Shown: positions 41,974 to 51,805, numbered from the stretch's first letter. The stretch is DNA of 64,000 nt from an uncultured delta proteobacterium (GCA_963806225.1 CAWDXG010000004.1:736001-800000), one strand, 5' to 3'. A program made the numbers and translations. Notes: generated from the sequence alone by a model not told the origin.

Positions 41974-43113
41974 ATGGGCATCGAGATCCGACAGCACAAG
42001 CCCGGCAGGGATACGAAGGACTTCATCCGAGCCGGGTTCGAGGTGTTCCGCGGCGACAAGAACTGGGTGCCGCCGCTCGATCTGGTCATCCGCGAGCGGC
42101 TGAACCCGAAGAAGGACCCCGTCCACCGCCATGCGGACGTGGCGCTCTTCACCGCGTGGAAGGACGGACGGCTCGTGGGGCGCACGTCGGCCACCGTGGA
42201 CCGCGCCTGGCTCGAGACGTGGAAGGACGAGACCGGGCATTTCGGCTACTTCGACACGATCAACGACGAGGCAGTCGCCAAGGCGTTGCTCCAGCGCGCC
42301 GAGGAATGGGTCAAGCAGAAGGGCATGAAGCGCATCAACGGCCCGATGTCCCTGAACGCCGCTCAGGAGATCGGCGTCTTGATCGAGGGCTTCGAGTACC
42401 CCCCGATGATCGACATGGCGCATTCGCGCGACTACCAGGGCGCTCTGGCCGAGGCCTCGGGCTACACGAAGGAAAAGGACCTCTACTGCTGGCGCTACGA
42501 CGTGAAGTCGGGCTTCAACGCCCGCACCCAGAAGGCCTGGGACACGGTGAAAGGGTTGCCGGAGGTCCGCCTGCGCAGCGTGGACACGAAGAACCTGCGT
42601 CAGGAGCTGGGGACGGTGATGGATATCTACAACGAGACGTGGGCCGGCAAGTGGGCCTACGTCCCCATCACCAGCGAAGAGCTCGACAAGATGGCCGACG
42701 ACCTGTCGCTCGTGATCGATCCGGACATCGCGTTCATCGCCGAGATCGACGGCGAGCCCGCGGGCATGTGCATCACGGTCCCCAACCTCAACGAGGTCAT
42801 CGCCGACCTCGACGGTCGCCTGCTTCCCCTGGGCTGGGCGAAGTTGCTCTGGCGCACCAAGGTCAGAAGGCCGCGCTCGACGCGCCTCATCCTGCTCGGT
42901 GTACGCGAGAAGTTCCGCAAGAACGTCAAGCGCTACGGCGCGCTTTCCGCCGCGATGTACGTCGAGGTGGCCAAGCGCGGGAAGCAGAAGGGCTACCAGT
43001 GGGCGGAGCTCAGCTGGACGCGCGAGGACGACGCGCCGATCAACCTCGGCATCCGCTCGATGGGCGCGAAAATCTACAAGAAGTATCGCGTCTACGAGAA
43101 GCAGCTCGGCTGA
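41974..43113 (+). CDS. Tandem-GNAT acyltransferase, YghO / bacterial ceramide synthase (bCerS)-like
   Basis: NWVPPL, GRLVGR, GHFGYFD, GP...EIGVLIEGFEYPP, ELSWTRED...YKKYRVY. Confidence 0.75.
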   Translation: MGIEIRQHKPGRDTKDFIRAGFEVFRGDKNWVPPLDLVIRERLNPKKDPVHRHADVALFTAWKDGRLVGRTSATVDRAWLETWKDETGHFGYFDTINDEAVAKALLQRAEEWVKQKGMKRINGPMSLNAAQEIGVLIEGFEYPPMIDMAHSRDYQGALAEASGYTKEKDLYCWRYDVKSGFNARTQKAWDTVKGLPEVRLRSVDTKNLRQELGTVMDIYNETWAGKWAYVPITSEELDKMADDLSLVIDPDIAFIAEIDGEPAGMCITVPNLNEVIADLDGRLLPLGWAKLLWRTKVRRPRSTRLILLGVREKFRKNVKRYGALSAAMYVEVAKRGKQKGYQWAELSWTREDDAPINLGIRSMGAKIYKKYRVYEKQLG

Positions 43114-43143
43114 GCGGCCCGGCGTCGTCCGGGCGGCCCGGAG

Positions 43144-43923
43144 CTACGCCTTCTTCATGTACAAAGCGAACGCCGCACCCTGCGGGTCGCGCGCCTGGAC
43201 GACCATGTCGCCACCCGGTACCTCCATCGGACCGTTCATGACCGTACCGCCAAGCGACTCGGTGCGCCTCGCCGCGGCGTCGATATCGGGAACACCGATG
43301 TAGTAGGTCCAGTGGGGCGGGAAGCCGTGGACCTTGGCCATGTTCGACATGCCTCCACGGGTCCGTTCACCCTTGCCGCTCTCGAACATGAAGTAGGTCC
43401 CCATCTCCGGGCCCATCTCGAACGACTCGGTGTGCTTCCAACCGGCGAGCTTCGAGTAGAACTTCCAGGCCGACGCGTGGTCGGTGGTGTTCAGCTCGTT
43501 CCACGCGACTTCACCGACCCCCGGTGCACCCCTGTCTGGAGCGTTCGTCATCTCCAGCGCAAACAGTCCGATGACCGCCCCTTCTGGGTCGGCAATGACG
43601 GCGAAGCTCCCGACGCCCGGCATCTGATGCACGTGACCCATCTGCCTGCCGCCCAGCTCGACGACCTGCGACACGGCCTGCTCCGCATTGTCGACACCGA
43701 GGTAGCCGAGCCAGGAAGGCGGCGCCCCCATCTTCTTCGCCTCGTCAGGCAGCAGCATCAGGCCCGCAGCCCGCGCTTCGCCGACGCAGAGCAGCGTGTA
43801 CGCCATCGGCCCCGGCGCGTCCTTCGCTGTCCAGCCCACCACCTCGCCGTAGAAAGCCTTCGCTGCCTCAACGTCGCTCGTCAGAAGCTCGTACCAGACA
43901 AACCGCCCGTTCAACCCGGCCAT
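43144..43923 (-). CDS. VOC/glyoxalase family protein, two domains
   Basis: FVWYELLTSDVEAAKAFY and VAWNELNTTD; DPEGA and DPQGA; GAGGAGG RBS. Confidence 0.92.
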   Translation of the reverse strand: MAGLNGRFVWYELLTSDVEAAKAFYGEVVGWTAKDAPGPMAYTLLCVGEARAAGLMLLPDEAKKMGAPPSWLGYLGVDNAEQAVSQVVELGGRQMGHVHQMPGVGSFAVIADPEGAVIGLFALEMTNAPDRGAPGVGEVAWNELNTTDHASAWKFYSKLAGWKHTESFEMGPEMGTYFMFESGKGERTRGGMSNMAKVHGFPPHWTYYIGVPDIDAAARRTESLGGTVMNGPMEVPGGDMVVQARDPQGAAFALYMKKA

Positions 43924-43964
43924 GTCAATCCCTCCTCGCCCGGGGACAGCCCCCGGGGGGGGGG

Positions 43965-43994
43965 AGTATAGCTCGACGCCAGCCACGCGGTCAG
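43965..43994 (-). promoter_or_regulatory. Putative sigma70 promoter of the VOC gene
   Basis: CTGACC-N18-TATACT on the minus strand, followed by a C10 run. Confidence 0.4.
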
Positions 43995-44120
43995 GCGTGC
44001 GGACTGCGCGGGGCCCCTCCCCCTCACGCACTTGCTGCGCGTTCCCGACGCCGGAGAGGCCGCCCAGGAACACACGCACGGGAGCCGCGCCTGGCGCACA
44101 CCTTGCACGGGTGCGCCGGA

Positions 44121-45452
44121 ATGGGGGGACTGCGGCACGTTGTTGTCATCGGCCTGAACGACTTCCACCGGGCGCGGCTTGCGACGCTGACTCGCGCTGC
44201 CGAGCTCCGGTTCCACGGCGTGCTGGCAATGGAGGACGTCACCGACGCCCCGAGCTACGACATGCCGGCGCTCCTCTCGCGGGCCGAGCGCGAGATCCGC
44301 GCCCTGCCCTTCAAGGTCGACGCGGTCGTTTCCCACTACGACTTCCCCGCGAGCACGATGCTCCCGATCCTGTGCCGGCGGCTGGGTCTGCCCACGCCGT
44401 CGCTCGAGAGCGTCCTCAAGTGCGAGCACAAGTACTGGAGCCGGCTCGAGCAGCACAAGGTCATACCCGATCGGATCCCGCCGTTCTGCCTGGTCGATCC
44501 CTTCGACCCGGAGGCAAAGAACCGCATCAACCTGCCGTTCCCCTTCTGGCTCAAGCCGGTGAAGTCACTCGGCTCCTACCTCGGCCACCGCATCGACAGC
44601 GCGCCGGCGCTCGAACGCGCGCTCGGCAGGATCCGCGCGCACATCGCCCGCCTCGCCGAACCGTTCGATCTCGTGCTGGAACACGCGGTCCTGCCGCCGG
44701 AAATCGCGCAGGTGACGGGGAGGCACTGCATCGCCGAGGGCTACGTCACGGGCAAGCAGTGCACGCTCGAAGGCTACGTCTTCGATGGTGCTCCACACGT
44801 CTATGGCATCGTCGATTCGCTACGCTACCCGAACGGCTCTTCCTTCGAGCGCTACCAGTACCCGTCGCGGCTGCCGCGCAGTGTACAGCGGCGCATGATC
44901 GACACTGCGGACGCGGTCCTCCGGCAGATCGGGCTCGACCGCTCGGCGTTCGACATGGAGTTCTTCTACGACGAGCCGAACGACCGCATCTGGTCGCTCG
45001 AGATCAATCCGAGGATCTCCCAGTCGCACTGTGTCCTGTTCGAGCGAGTGCACGGCGCCTCGCACCAGGAAGTGATGGTCGATCTCGCGTTGGGGCGACG
45101 ACCTGACTACCCGCCGGCGGGCGAGGGCCCGTTCAAGGTCTCCGCGAAGTTCATGCTCCGTGAGACCCGCGACGGCATCGTCGCGGGCGTTCCCTCGGCG
45201 GACAAGCTCGCCAGAATCGAGCGTTCCCTGCCCGGAACCGTGATCCAGCTCAACGTCGCCGAGGGGGTGCGGCTGGCACACCTCGAGGAGCAGGACAGCT
45301 ACATGTACCAGATCGCGGAGATCTACACGGCCGGCAACAGCGTGCGTGAACTGGTCCAGAAGTACCGCGCCTGCGTCGAGTCGCTCGGCATCCGCCTCGT
45401 CGAACCGTCGCCATCGAGCTTGGCCCGGGGGCACACAGCGGGGGCGGCGTGA
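44121..45452 (+). CDS. ATP-grasp ligase, paralog 1
   Basis: CEHKYWSR, FPFWLKPVKS, IAEGY, EFFY, EINPRISQSH. Confidence 0.85.
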   Translation: MGGLRHVVVIGLNDFHRARLATLTRAAELRFHGVLAMEDVTDAPSYDMPALLSRAEREIRALPFKVDAVVSHYDFPASTMLPILCRRLGLPTPSLESVLKCEHKYWSRLEQHKVIPDRIPPFCLVDPFDPEAKNRINLPFPFWLKPVKSLGSYLGHRIDSAPALERALGRIRAHIARLAEPFDLVLEHAVLPPEIAQVTGRHCIAEGYVTGKQCTLEGYVFDGAPHVYGIVDSLRYPNGSSFERYQYPSRLPRSVQRRMIDTADAVLRQIGLDRSAFDMEFFYDEPNDRIWSLEINPRISQSHCVLFERVHGASHQEVMVDLALGRRPDYPPAGEGPFKVSAKFMLRETRDGIVAGVPSADKLARIERSLPGTVIQLNVAEGVRLAHLEEQDSYMYQIAEIYTAGNSVRELVQKYRACVESLGIRLVEPSPSSLARGHTAGAA

Positions 45453-46795
45453 CGACGGAAGCCCGCCGCCACGTCTTCTTGATCGGCCTCGACAGCTTTC
45501 ATCGAAAAATGCTCGCCGCGCTGTCGCACGCGGACGAGTACGAGTTCCACCCGCTGCTCGAACACCACGAGCTCACCGATCAGGCGAGCTACCCCGTCGA
45601 CCACCTCATCGACAAGGCGCTCCGCGAGATCAGGTCCTTTCCCGGCCGCGTCGACGCGGTCGTCGCGTACATGGACTTTCCGGCCAGCACGATGCTCCCC
45701 GTTCTTTGTCGTGAGCTCGGCTTGCCGTCTGCGTCTCTGGAGAGCGTACTCGCCTGCGAGCACAAGTACTGGAGCCGACTGGAGCAGAGCAAGGTCGTGC
45801 CGGAAGCCGTTCCACGCTTCTCGCTGGTCGATCCGTTCGCGGCAGTCGACGCGCCGCCCCTGCCGTTTCCGTTCTGGATCAAGCCCGTCAAGTCCTGGGG
45901 CTCGGTTCTGGGCTTCCGCATCGCGAATCGCCGTGACTACCAGCGGGCGCTCGAGACCTTCCGCGCGAACATCGAGCGGATAGGCGAGCCCTTCAACTCG
46001 CTGCTCCGCCGGGCGCGGCTTCCGCCGGAGGTCGCCCCGGCCGACGGCTGCCACTGCATCGCGGAGGAGATCCTGTCCGGCCGACAGTGCACGCTCGAAG
46101 GCTACGTGCTCGGTGGCCAGGTCCGCTTCTACGGCGCCGTCGATTCCATCCGCTACCACAACAGCTCGACGTTCTCGCGCTACGAGTACCCTGCGCGTCT
46201 GCCCCGCGCCGTCGTCGAGCGCATGCAGAACGTGGTGCAGCGGTGTCTCGGGCGGATCGGGCTGGACCGCTCCGCCTTCAACGCGGAGCTTCTGTGGAAC
46301 GCCTCGCAGGACCATGTGTCGTTGCTCGAGATCAATACCCGGGTGGCACAACACCATGGCGATCTGTTCGAGAAGGTCGACGGTCGCTCGAATCTGGAAG
46401 TCGCGGTCGAGGTCGCGCTCGGCCGCGAGCCGGTGATGGCCCACCGACGCGGCGCATTTGGTGCGGCGGCCGCCTTTTTCTGGCGACGGTTCGAGGACGG
46501 CGTCGTGACCCACGTCCCCAGCCGCCAGCGGATCCGCGCGCTCGAGCGCCGCTTCCCGTCGACCGTGGTGGAGCTGCTCGTCCAGCGCGGGACGCGCCTG
46601 TCCGACCTCGTCGAACAGGACAGCTACAGCTACGCTTGCGCCATGACCTACGTGGGGGCACGCGACCATCGCGAACTGCTCGACAAGTACGCGCAGATCA
46701 CCCGGGCGCTGGATTTCCGGTTTTCCCGGCCCGTCGCCACGCGCCGCCCGACCGTCGCCCGACGGCCCCACGGGCTCGACATGGAGGCACCATGA
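45449..46795 (+). CDS. ATP-grasp ligase, paralog 2
   Basis: CEHKYWSR, FPFWIKPVKS, IAEEI, EINTRVAQHH; GTGA overlap. Confidence 0.85.
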   Translation: MTTEARRHVFLIGLDSFHRKMLAALSHADEYEFHPLLEHHELTDQASYPVDHLIDKALREIRSFPGRVDAVVAYMDFPASTMLPVLCRELGLPSASLESVLACEHKYWSRLEQSKVVPEAVPRFSLVDPFAAVDAPPLPFPFWIKPVKSWGSVLGFRIANRRDYQRALETFRANIERIGEPFNSLLRRARLPPEVAPADGCHCIAEEILSGRQCTLEGYVLGGQVRFYGAVDSIRYHNSSTFSRYEYPARLPRAVVERMQNVVQRCLGRIGLDRSAFNAELLWNASQDHVSLLEINTRVAQHHGDLFEKVDGRSNLEVAVEVALGREPVMAHRRGAFGAAAAFFWRRFEDGVVTHVPSRQRIRALERRFPSTVVELLVQRGTRLSDLVEQDSYSYACAMTYVGARDHRELLDKYAQITRALDFRFSRPVATRRPTVARRPHGLDMEAP

Positions 46796-48813
46796 AGACC
46801 GTCACGGAGCTCCCCAACCCTATCCACTGCATCGAGACAGCGTGGATCCCGATGCCGGACGGCTGCAAGCTGGCAGCCCGCATCTGGCTCCCGGACGACG
46901 CAGAGCAGAACCCGGTGCCGGCGGTTCTGGAATACATCCCCTACCGTCGCCGTGATCACACGCGGGCGCGCGATGCGCTGATGATGCCGTATACCGCGGG
47001 ACACGGCTACGCGTGCCTGCGCGTCGACCTGCGCGGCAGCGGCGACTCCGACGGCGTGCTGCTGGACGAGTATCTAGAGCAGGAGCAGGACGACGCGCTC
47101 GAAGTGCTGCGCTGGATCGCCGCGCAGCCGTGGTGCGACGGCAGCGTCGGCATCATCGGGATCTCCTGGGGCGGGTTCAACGGGCTGCAGATTGCCGCGC
47201 GGCGTCCTCCCGAGCTCAAAGCGGTGATCAGCGCCTGCTTCACGGACGACCGCTACGCCGACGACGTGCACTATATGGGAGGCTGCCTGCTGGGCGACAA
47301 CCTGTCCTGGGCGTCGGTGATGTTCGCGTTCAACTCGTGCCCGCCGGATCCTCTGGTCGTCGGCGAGCGCTGGCGGACGATGTGGTTCGAGCGACTCGAG
47401 AAGAGCGGGCTGTGGCTCGAGAAGTGGATGCGCCACCCGCACCGGGATGCCTACTGGAAACACGGCTCGGTCTGCGAAGACTACTCGAGCATCGAAACGC
47501 CGGTGCTGGCGATCAGCGGCTGGGCGGACGGCTACTCCAACGCCGTATTCCGGCTGCTCGCCAATCTCGGGGGCTCTCACCGCGGCCTCATCGGGCCGTG
47601 GAGCCACGCCTACCCACACCTCGGAAAGCCCGGTCCGGCGATCGGCTTCCTGCAGGAGGCCGTCCGCTGGTGGGACCATTGGCTCAAGGGCATCGACCGC
47701 GCGGTGGACAAGGAGCCGAGACTCCGCGTGTGGATGCAGGACAGTGTTCCACCACACCCCAGCTACAAGGAGCGGCCGGGGCGCTGGGTCGCGGAAGATT
47801 CGTGGCCATCGCCACGGATCGGTCCAAAAACGTACGCTTTCGGAAAGAACCGGCTCGTCCCGTTGGGGGAGCGCGTGTCGAAGGCGCCGCTGACGTTCCA
47901 GTCCCCGCTCAGCGTGGGGCTGTTTGCAGGAAAGTGGTGCTCGTACGCCGCGCCTCCCGATCTGCCGCACGACCAGCGCGAGGAGGACGGCGGAGCGCTG
48001 GTCTTCGATACCGATCCGCTCGACGAGCCGCTCGAGATCCTCGGCGCGCCCGTGGTCGACCTCGAGCTGTCGTCGGCAGGCCCGGTGGCCATGGTCGCCG
48101 TGAGGCTCTCGGACATCGCTCCCAACGGGGATGCGACGCGCGTGACCTACGGGCTTCTGAACCTCACCCACCGCGACAGCCACGAGCAGCCGAGCTCGCT
48201 CGTCCCAGGGGAGCGCTATCGCGTCCGGGTCCAGCTGAACAACGTCGCGCAGCGCTTCCCGGCCGGGCATCGCATCCGCGTCGCCATCTCCACGTCGTAC
48301 TTCCCGCTCGCCTGGCCGCCTCCTTCACCTACCCCGCTGACGCTGTACCCGGCGGATTGTTCGCTTGTCCTTCCGACAAGGAAGCCCCGCGATGCCGACC
48401 AGCGGCTCCGGCCTTTTGACGACGCCGAGGCGACCGCACCCATCGCGAAGGAGGTCGTGGAGCCGGAGGATCACCGCTGGACCGTGACGCGCGACCTGGC
48501 CAACGACGTGTCCACGCTGGAGGTCGTGAAGGACGACGGCGTCGTGCGCCTCGAGGAGATCGACCTGGAGATCGGCGAATCCACCGTCGAGCGCTACAGC
48601 TACCGGCGGGGTGACTACTCCTCGGTGCGCGGAGAGGTCGTGAGCTTCCGGAGCTTCCGGAGGGACGGCTGGGACGTCCACACCGAGACCCGCACTGTGC
48701 TCACCTCCAACGAGACGCACTTCCACATCCACGCCAGCCTCGACGCCTACGAGGACGAACGCCGCGTCTTTTCGCGGAACTACAACTGCTCAATCCCCCG
48801 CGACGAGGCCTAG
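46792..48813 (+). CDS. CocE/NonD family serine hydrolase (S15-like)
   Basis: IPMPDGCKLAARIW, EYIPYR, DLRGSGDSDG, GISWGG, IGPWSH, PepX_C-like domain; GGAGG RBS and ATGA overlap. Confidence 0.93.
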   Translation: MKTVTELPNPIHCIETAWIPMPDGCKLAARIWLPDDAEQNPVPAVLEYIPYRRRDHTRARDALMMPYTAGHGYACLRVDLRGSGDSDGVLLDEYLEQEQDDALEVLRWIAAQPWCDGSVGIIGISWGGFNGLQIAARRPPELKAVISACFTDDRYADDVHYMGGCLLGDNLSWASVMFAFNSCPPDPLVVGERWRTMWFERLEKSGLWLEKWMRHPHRDAYWKHGSVCEDYSSIETPVLAISGWADGYSNAVFRLLANLGGSHRGLIGPWSHAYPHLGKPGPAIGFLQEAVRWWDHWLKGIDRAVDKEPRLRVWMQDSVPPHPSYKERPGRWVAEDSWPSPRIGPKTYAFGKNRLVPLGERVSKAPLTFQSPLSVGLFAGKWCSYAAPPDLPHDQREEDGGALVFDTDPLDEPLEILGAPVVDLELSSAGPVAMVAVRLSDIAPNGDATRVTYGLLNLTHRDSHEQPSSLVPGERYRVRVQLNNVAQRFPAGHRIRVAISTSYFPLAWPPPSPTPLTLYPADCSLVLPTRKPRDADQRLRPFDDAEATAPIAKEVVEPEDHRWTVTRDLANDVSTLEVVKDDGVVRLEEIDLEIGESTVERYSYRRGDYSSVRGEVVSFRSFRRDGWDVHTETRTVLTSNETHFHIHASLDAYEDERRVFSRNYNCSIPRDEA

Positions 48814-48868
48814 CCCCGAGCGGCTCTTCCGCGACCTGCCGGCCTTCCATCCGCTCCCGAAATGCGAA

Positions 48869-48889
48869 GAGGCCCCCACGGGGGGCCTC
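48869..48889. terminator. Hairpin between convergent cocE and tRNA
   Basis: GAGGCCCCC-ACG-GGGGGCCTC, 9-bp stem; weak U tract on the minus strand. Confidence 0.55.
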
Positions 48890-48900
48890 GAGCACAGCGG

Positions 48901-48973
48901 CTCCAGCGGTTGGACTCGAACCAACGACCCGGCGGTTAACAGCCGCCTGCTCTACCAACTGAGCTACGCTGGA
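48901..48973 (-). tRNA. tRNA-Asn(GTT)
   Basis: TCCAGCG acceptor stem, TAGCTCAGTTGGTAGAGC D arm, GGCGG-CTGTTAA-CCGCC anticodon arm, GGTTCGAGTCC T arm; followed by CCG, so full CCA is not encoded. Confidence 0.97.
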
Positions 48974-48985
48974 ATGGGAGCGGGA

Positions 48986-49013
48986 AGACTAGTCGTGATG
49001 CGCGCTGCGTCAA
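48986..49013 (-). promoter_or_regulatory. Putative sigma70 promoter of tRNA-Asn
   Basis: TTGACG-N16-TAGTCT ending 12 nt upstream of the tRNA. Confidence 0.55.
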
Positions 49014-49085
49014 GCGCGGAAAAGCCTCCGGCGCGGGCGGCAGTTGACGGCGGCTCCGGACGGGTGCGATAGCGCGTTTTCCGCT

Positions 49086-50789
49086 GTGGCCGAGGAACAC
49101 CACGACCCCCCGCCCCAGGTCAGCCAGCCTCCGGGCGCGGAGGGCCAGGAGCCGTCGCCCGAGCAGACCGAGCGCGGCGCTGCGAGCGCCGTCGCCCTGG
49201 ATGCCGAGTCGCCCGCCGAGGAAGCTGCAGCGGCCGCGAGAGCCGCCGAAGTCGATGGTAGCGATCACGAGGTGACGCGCAAGGCAGGCCGCGGCGGGCT
49301 CGCGGTCGCGTTCGCGAAGATCTACTTCATGATGCAGGGGCTGCTCTCGCAGATCGCCCTGCCCCGCGTGCTCGGCATGGGCGGCTACGGCGCGCTGGCG
49401 AGCATCCTGTCGATCGGCAGCATCGTCTATAACCCCATCATCGCAACGTCGATCCAGGGCGTCAGCCGCGGCGTCGCCCAGACACCCGACGCCGATCAGC
49501 CCGCTGCCGTCCGCGGCACGCTGAAGATCCACGCTTTCTGCACCGCTCCCATCGCAGTCGCGTTCTTCTTCCTGGCAGGGCCCGTCGGCCGCGCCATCGG
49601 AGCGCCGCACATCATCCTGGGCCTCAGGATCATGGCCGGCGTGCTGTTCTTCTACGGCATGTACGCGCCCTTCATCGGCGTCCTGAACGGACAGAAGCTC
49701 TTCACGCGTCAGGCCGCTCTCGACATCACCGCCTCGACCCTGCGCACGGCCGCGATGATCACTGCGGCCTGGTTCTTCGCGACGCGCTTCGACTTCGGTC
49801 CGGAAGGCGCGGTGATCGGCTTCGTCGGTTCTTCCGCGGTCGTGTTCGGCATTGCGGTGGGTATCGCAGGTGTGGGGCGCAAGGGTCCGGGCGGGCCGGT
49901 CGTCTCCGACCACCTGAAGTTCATCGCGCCGCTGTATCTCGGACAGCTCCTGTTGCAGTTCCTGCTGCAGGCCGACCTCACCCTGCTCAGGACGTTTGCA
50001 GCCGGCTCCGCCGTCGCTGCGGGCCTGTCGGAACGCGCGGCCGATCCGCTCGTCGGTGCCTATCGCGCGACGCAGCTGTTCTGCTTTCTGCCCTACCAGC
50101 TGCTGCTCAGCGTGACGTTCATCCTGTTCCCGATGCTGGCCACGGCCTATCGCGACGGCGACCGCGCGGCGGTCAAGCGCTACGTACGCACGGGCGTTCG
50201 CCTGGCCATGGTCCTGGCCGGAGCGATGGTGAGCGTGACGTCGGGCCTCGCCGGTCCGCTGCTCAAGCTCGTGTTCCCGCCCCAGGCCGCCGAATACGGC
50301 ACGCGCTCGATGCAGCTTCTGACGATCGGTTTCGGCGCGTTCGCCATCTTCGGCATCATGACCGCGGTGCTGAACAGCCTGAAGCGCGAGCGCATGAGCG
50401 CGCTCATCACGGCCACGGCCTTCGGCCTGGTCGTGCTTCTGTGTTTCCTGCGCGTGCGCGGACAGCCGTTCGGCGCGGATCTGCTGTGGCGCACGGCCAT
50501 GTCCACGTCGGCTGGCCTCGCCATCGCCACGATCGGCGTCGCCATCATGGTCAAGCGCACCGCCGGCGGCGTCGCGCCGCTCGCCAGCCTGCTGCGCGTC
50601 GTGATCGCGATGGGCATCGCGATCACGGTCGGCCGCTACCTGCCCTATCACGGCAAGGTCCTCACCGTGGCCTATGCGCTGCTCGTCGGCGTCGTCTACG
50701 CCGCGGTGCTGCTCTTGACCCGCGAGCTCGGCAAGAGCGACCTGGAGATGGTGATGACCGTGGTGTCGCGGCGGAAGAAGACGGCGTAG
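49086..50789 (+). CDS. MOP-superfamily oligosaccharide flippase / polysaccharide biosynthesis protein
   Basis: About 14 TM helices; LPRVLGMGGYG, VGAYRA...LPYQ...ILFP. Start uncertain. Confidence 0.78.
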   Translation: MAEEHHDPPPQVSQPPGAEGQEPSPEQTERGAASAVALDAESPAEEAAAAARAAEVDGSDHEVTRKAGRGGLAVAFAKIYFMMQGLLSQIALPRVLGMGGYGALASILSIGSIVYNPIIATSIQGVSRGVAQTPDADQPAAVRGTLKIHAFCTAPIAVAFFFLAGPVGRAIGAPHIILGLRIMAGVLFFYGMYAPFIGVLNGQKLFTRQAALDITASTLRTAAMITAAWFFATRFDFGPEGAVIGFVGSSAVVFGIAVGIAGVGRKGPGGPVVSDHLKFIAPLYLGQLLLQFLLQADLTLLRTFAAGSAVAAGLSERAADPLVGAYRATQLFCFLPYQLLLSVTFILFPMLATAYRDGDRAAVKRYVRTGVRLAMVLAGAMVSVTSGLAGPLLKLVFPPQAAEYGTRSMQLLTIGFGAFAIFGIMTAVLNSLKRERMSALITATAFGLVVLLCFLRVRGQPFGADLLWRTAMSTSAGLAIATIGVAIMVKRTAGGVAPLASLLRVVIAMGIAITVGRYLPYHGKVLTVAYALLVGVVYAAVLLLTRELGKSDLEMVMTVVSRRKKTA

Positions 50790-50806
50790 CGCCCACCCGC
50801 GCCGGC

Positions 50807-51805
50807 CTACGGCTCGTCCTGGACCGGCTCCCCTTGTTCTTCCGCGTCGCTGCCGGCGTCCGCACTTCTGGCGCCGTCTGATTCGATCGCCTCGCGCACG
50901 AACAGATCTTCCAGCGTCTCGTGACGGGGCGTGACCTCGGCGATATTGGCGCCGGCCTCCAGGGCCTTCTGGAGCAGCTGATCGAGCCTGGCACGGCCCT
51001 CGACTTCGACGACCAGGCGCTCGCGGACGCGGCTGGTCTTGTGACCGGCGTCGCGGCAAGCGGTCTCGAAGGCCTCGCTGGCGCCCAGCAGGACCACGTC
51101 GGTGCGTTGCGCTTCGCTCCTGAGGAGCTCGTCCAGCCGGCCGCTGACGACCACACTGCCGCGGCGCAGGATGGCCACGCGATCGCACATCGTTTCCACG
51201 TCGCTGAGGATGTGCGTGGAAAAGAAGATGGTGCGACCACCGGCGCGCTCGGAGACGATGAGATCGCGCACTTCCTTGCGGCCGACGGGATCGAGACCGC
51301 TCATCGGCTCGTCGAGGATGAGCAGCTCCGGATCCGCTACCAGCGCTGCGGCGAGACCCGTGCGCTGCAGCATGCCTTTCGACAGCCGCCGGACGGCCCG
51401 GTCCGCGGCGTACAGGATGCCGACCTGGTCGAGCACCTTGCGCGTGCGGTCGCGCACGGCGCGGCGCGACAGCCCCGAGAGCCGCCCGCACATCTCCACG
51501 AACTCGGTCGGCGTCAGGTACGGATACACGTAGGGGTTTTCGGGAAGGAACCCGACGCGCGCCATCGCCTTCGAGCTCGGCACCGGCTCACCGAAGATCC
51601 GACCACTGCCACCGGTGGGAAAGATGAGACCGGTCAGCATCTTGATGGTGGTGGTCTTGCCGGCGCCGTTGGGTCCGAGGAAGCCGAAGATGTCGCCGCG
51701 CCGGACCTCGAACGAGATGCCCTTCACGGCCTCGACCCGGCGCATGGTCAGCCCCAGCCGGAAGACCTTCCTCAGGCGGTCGACCCGGATCAAAGCTTCC
51801 GTCAC
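50807..51805 (-). CDS. ABC transporter ATP-binding protein (ABC-2 type)
   Basis: [23 protein letters not shown]. Confidence 0.93.
   Translation of the reverse strand: MTEALIRVDRLRKVFRLGLTMRRVEAVKGISFEVRRGDIFGFLGPNGAGKTTTIKMLTGLIFPTGGSGRIFGEPVPSSKAMARVGFLPENPYVYPYLTPTEFVEMCGRLSGLSRRAVRDRTRKVLDQVGILYAADRAVRRLSKGMLQRTGLAAALVADPELLILDEPMSGLDPVGRKEVRDLIVSERAGGRTIFFSTHILSDVETMCDRVAILRRGSVVVSGRLDELLRSEAQRTDVVLLGASEAFETACRDAGHKTSRVRERLVVEVEGRARLDQLLQKALEAGANIAEVTPRHETLEDLFVREAIESDGARSADAGSDAEEQGEPVQDEP

Noticed and set aside
43924..44120. RiPP (graspetide) precursor for the ATP-grasp pair
   Set aside because: No short ORF with a repeated core motif was seen, and the enzymes do not look RimK/MvdC-like.
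48901..48973. Genomic island or prophage integrated at tRNA-Asn
   Set aside because: No integrase, transposase or phage genes were recognised, and I saw no duplicated tRNA 3' end by eye.
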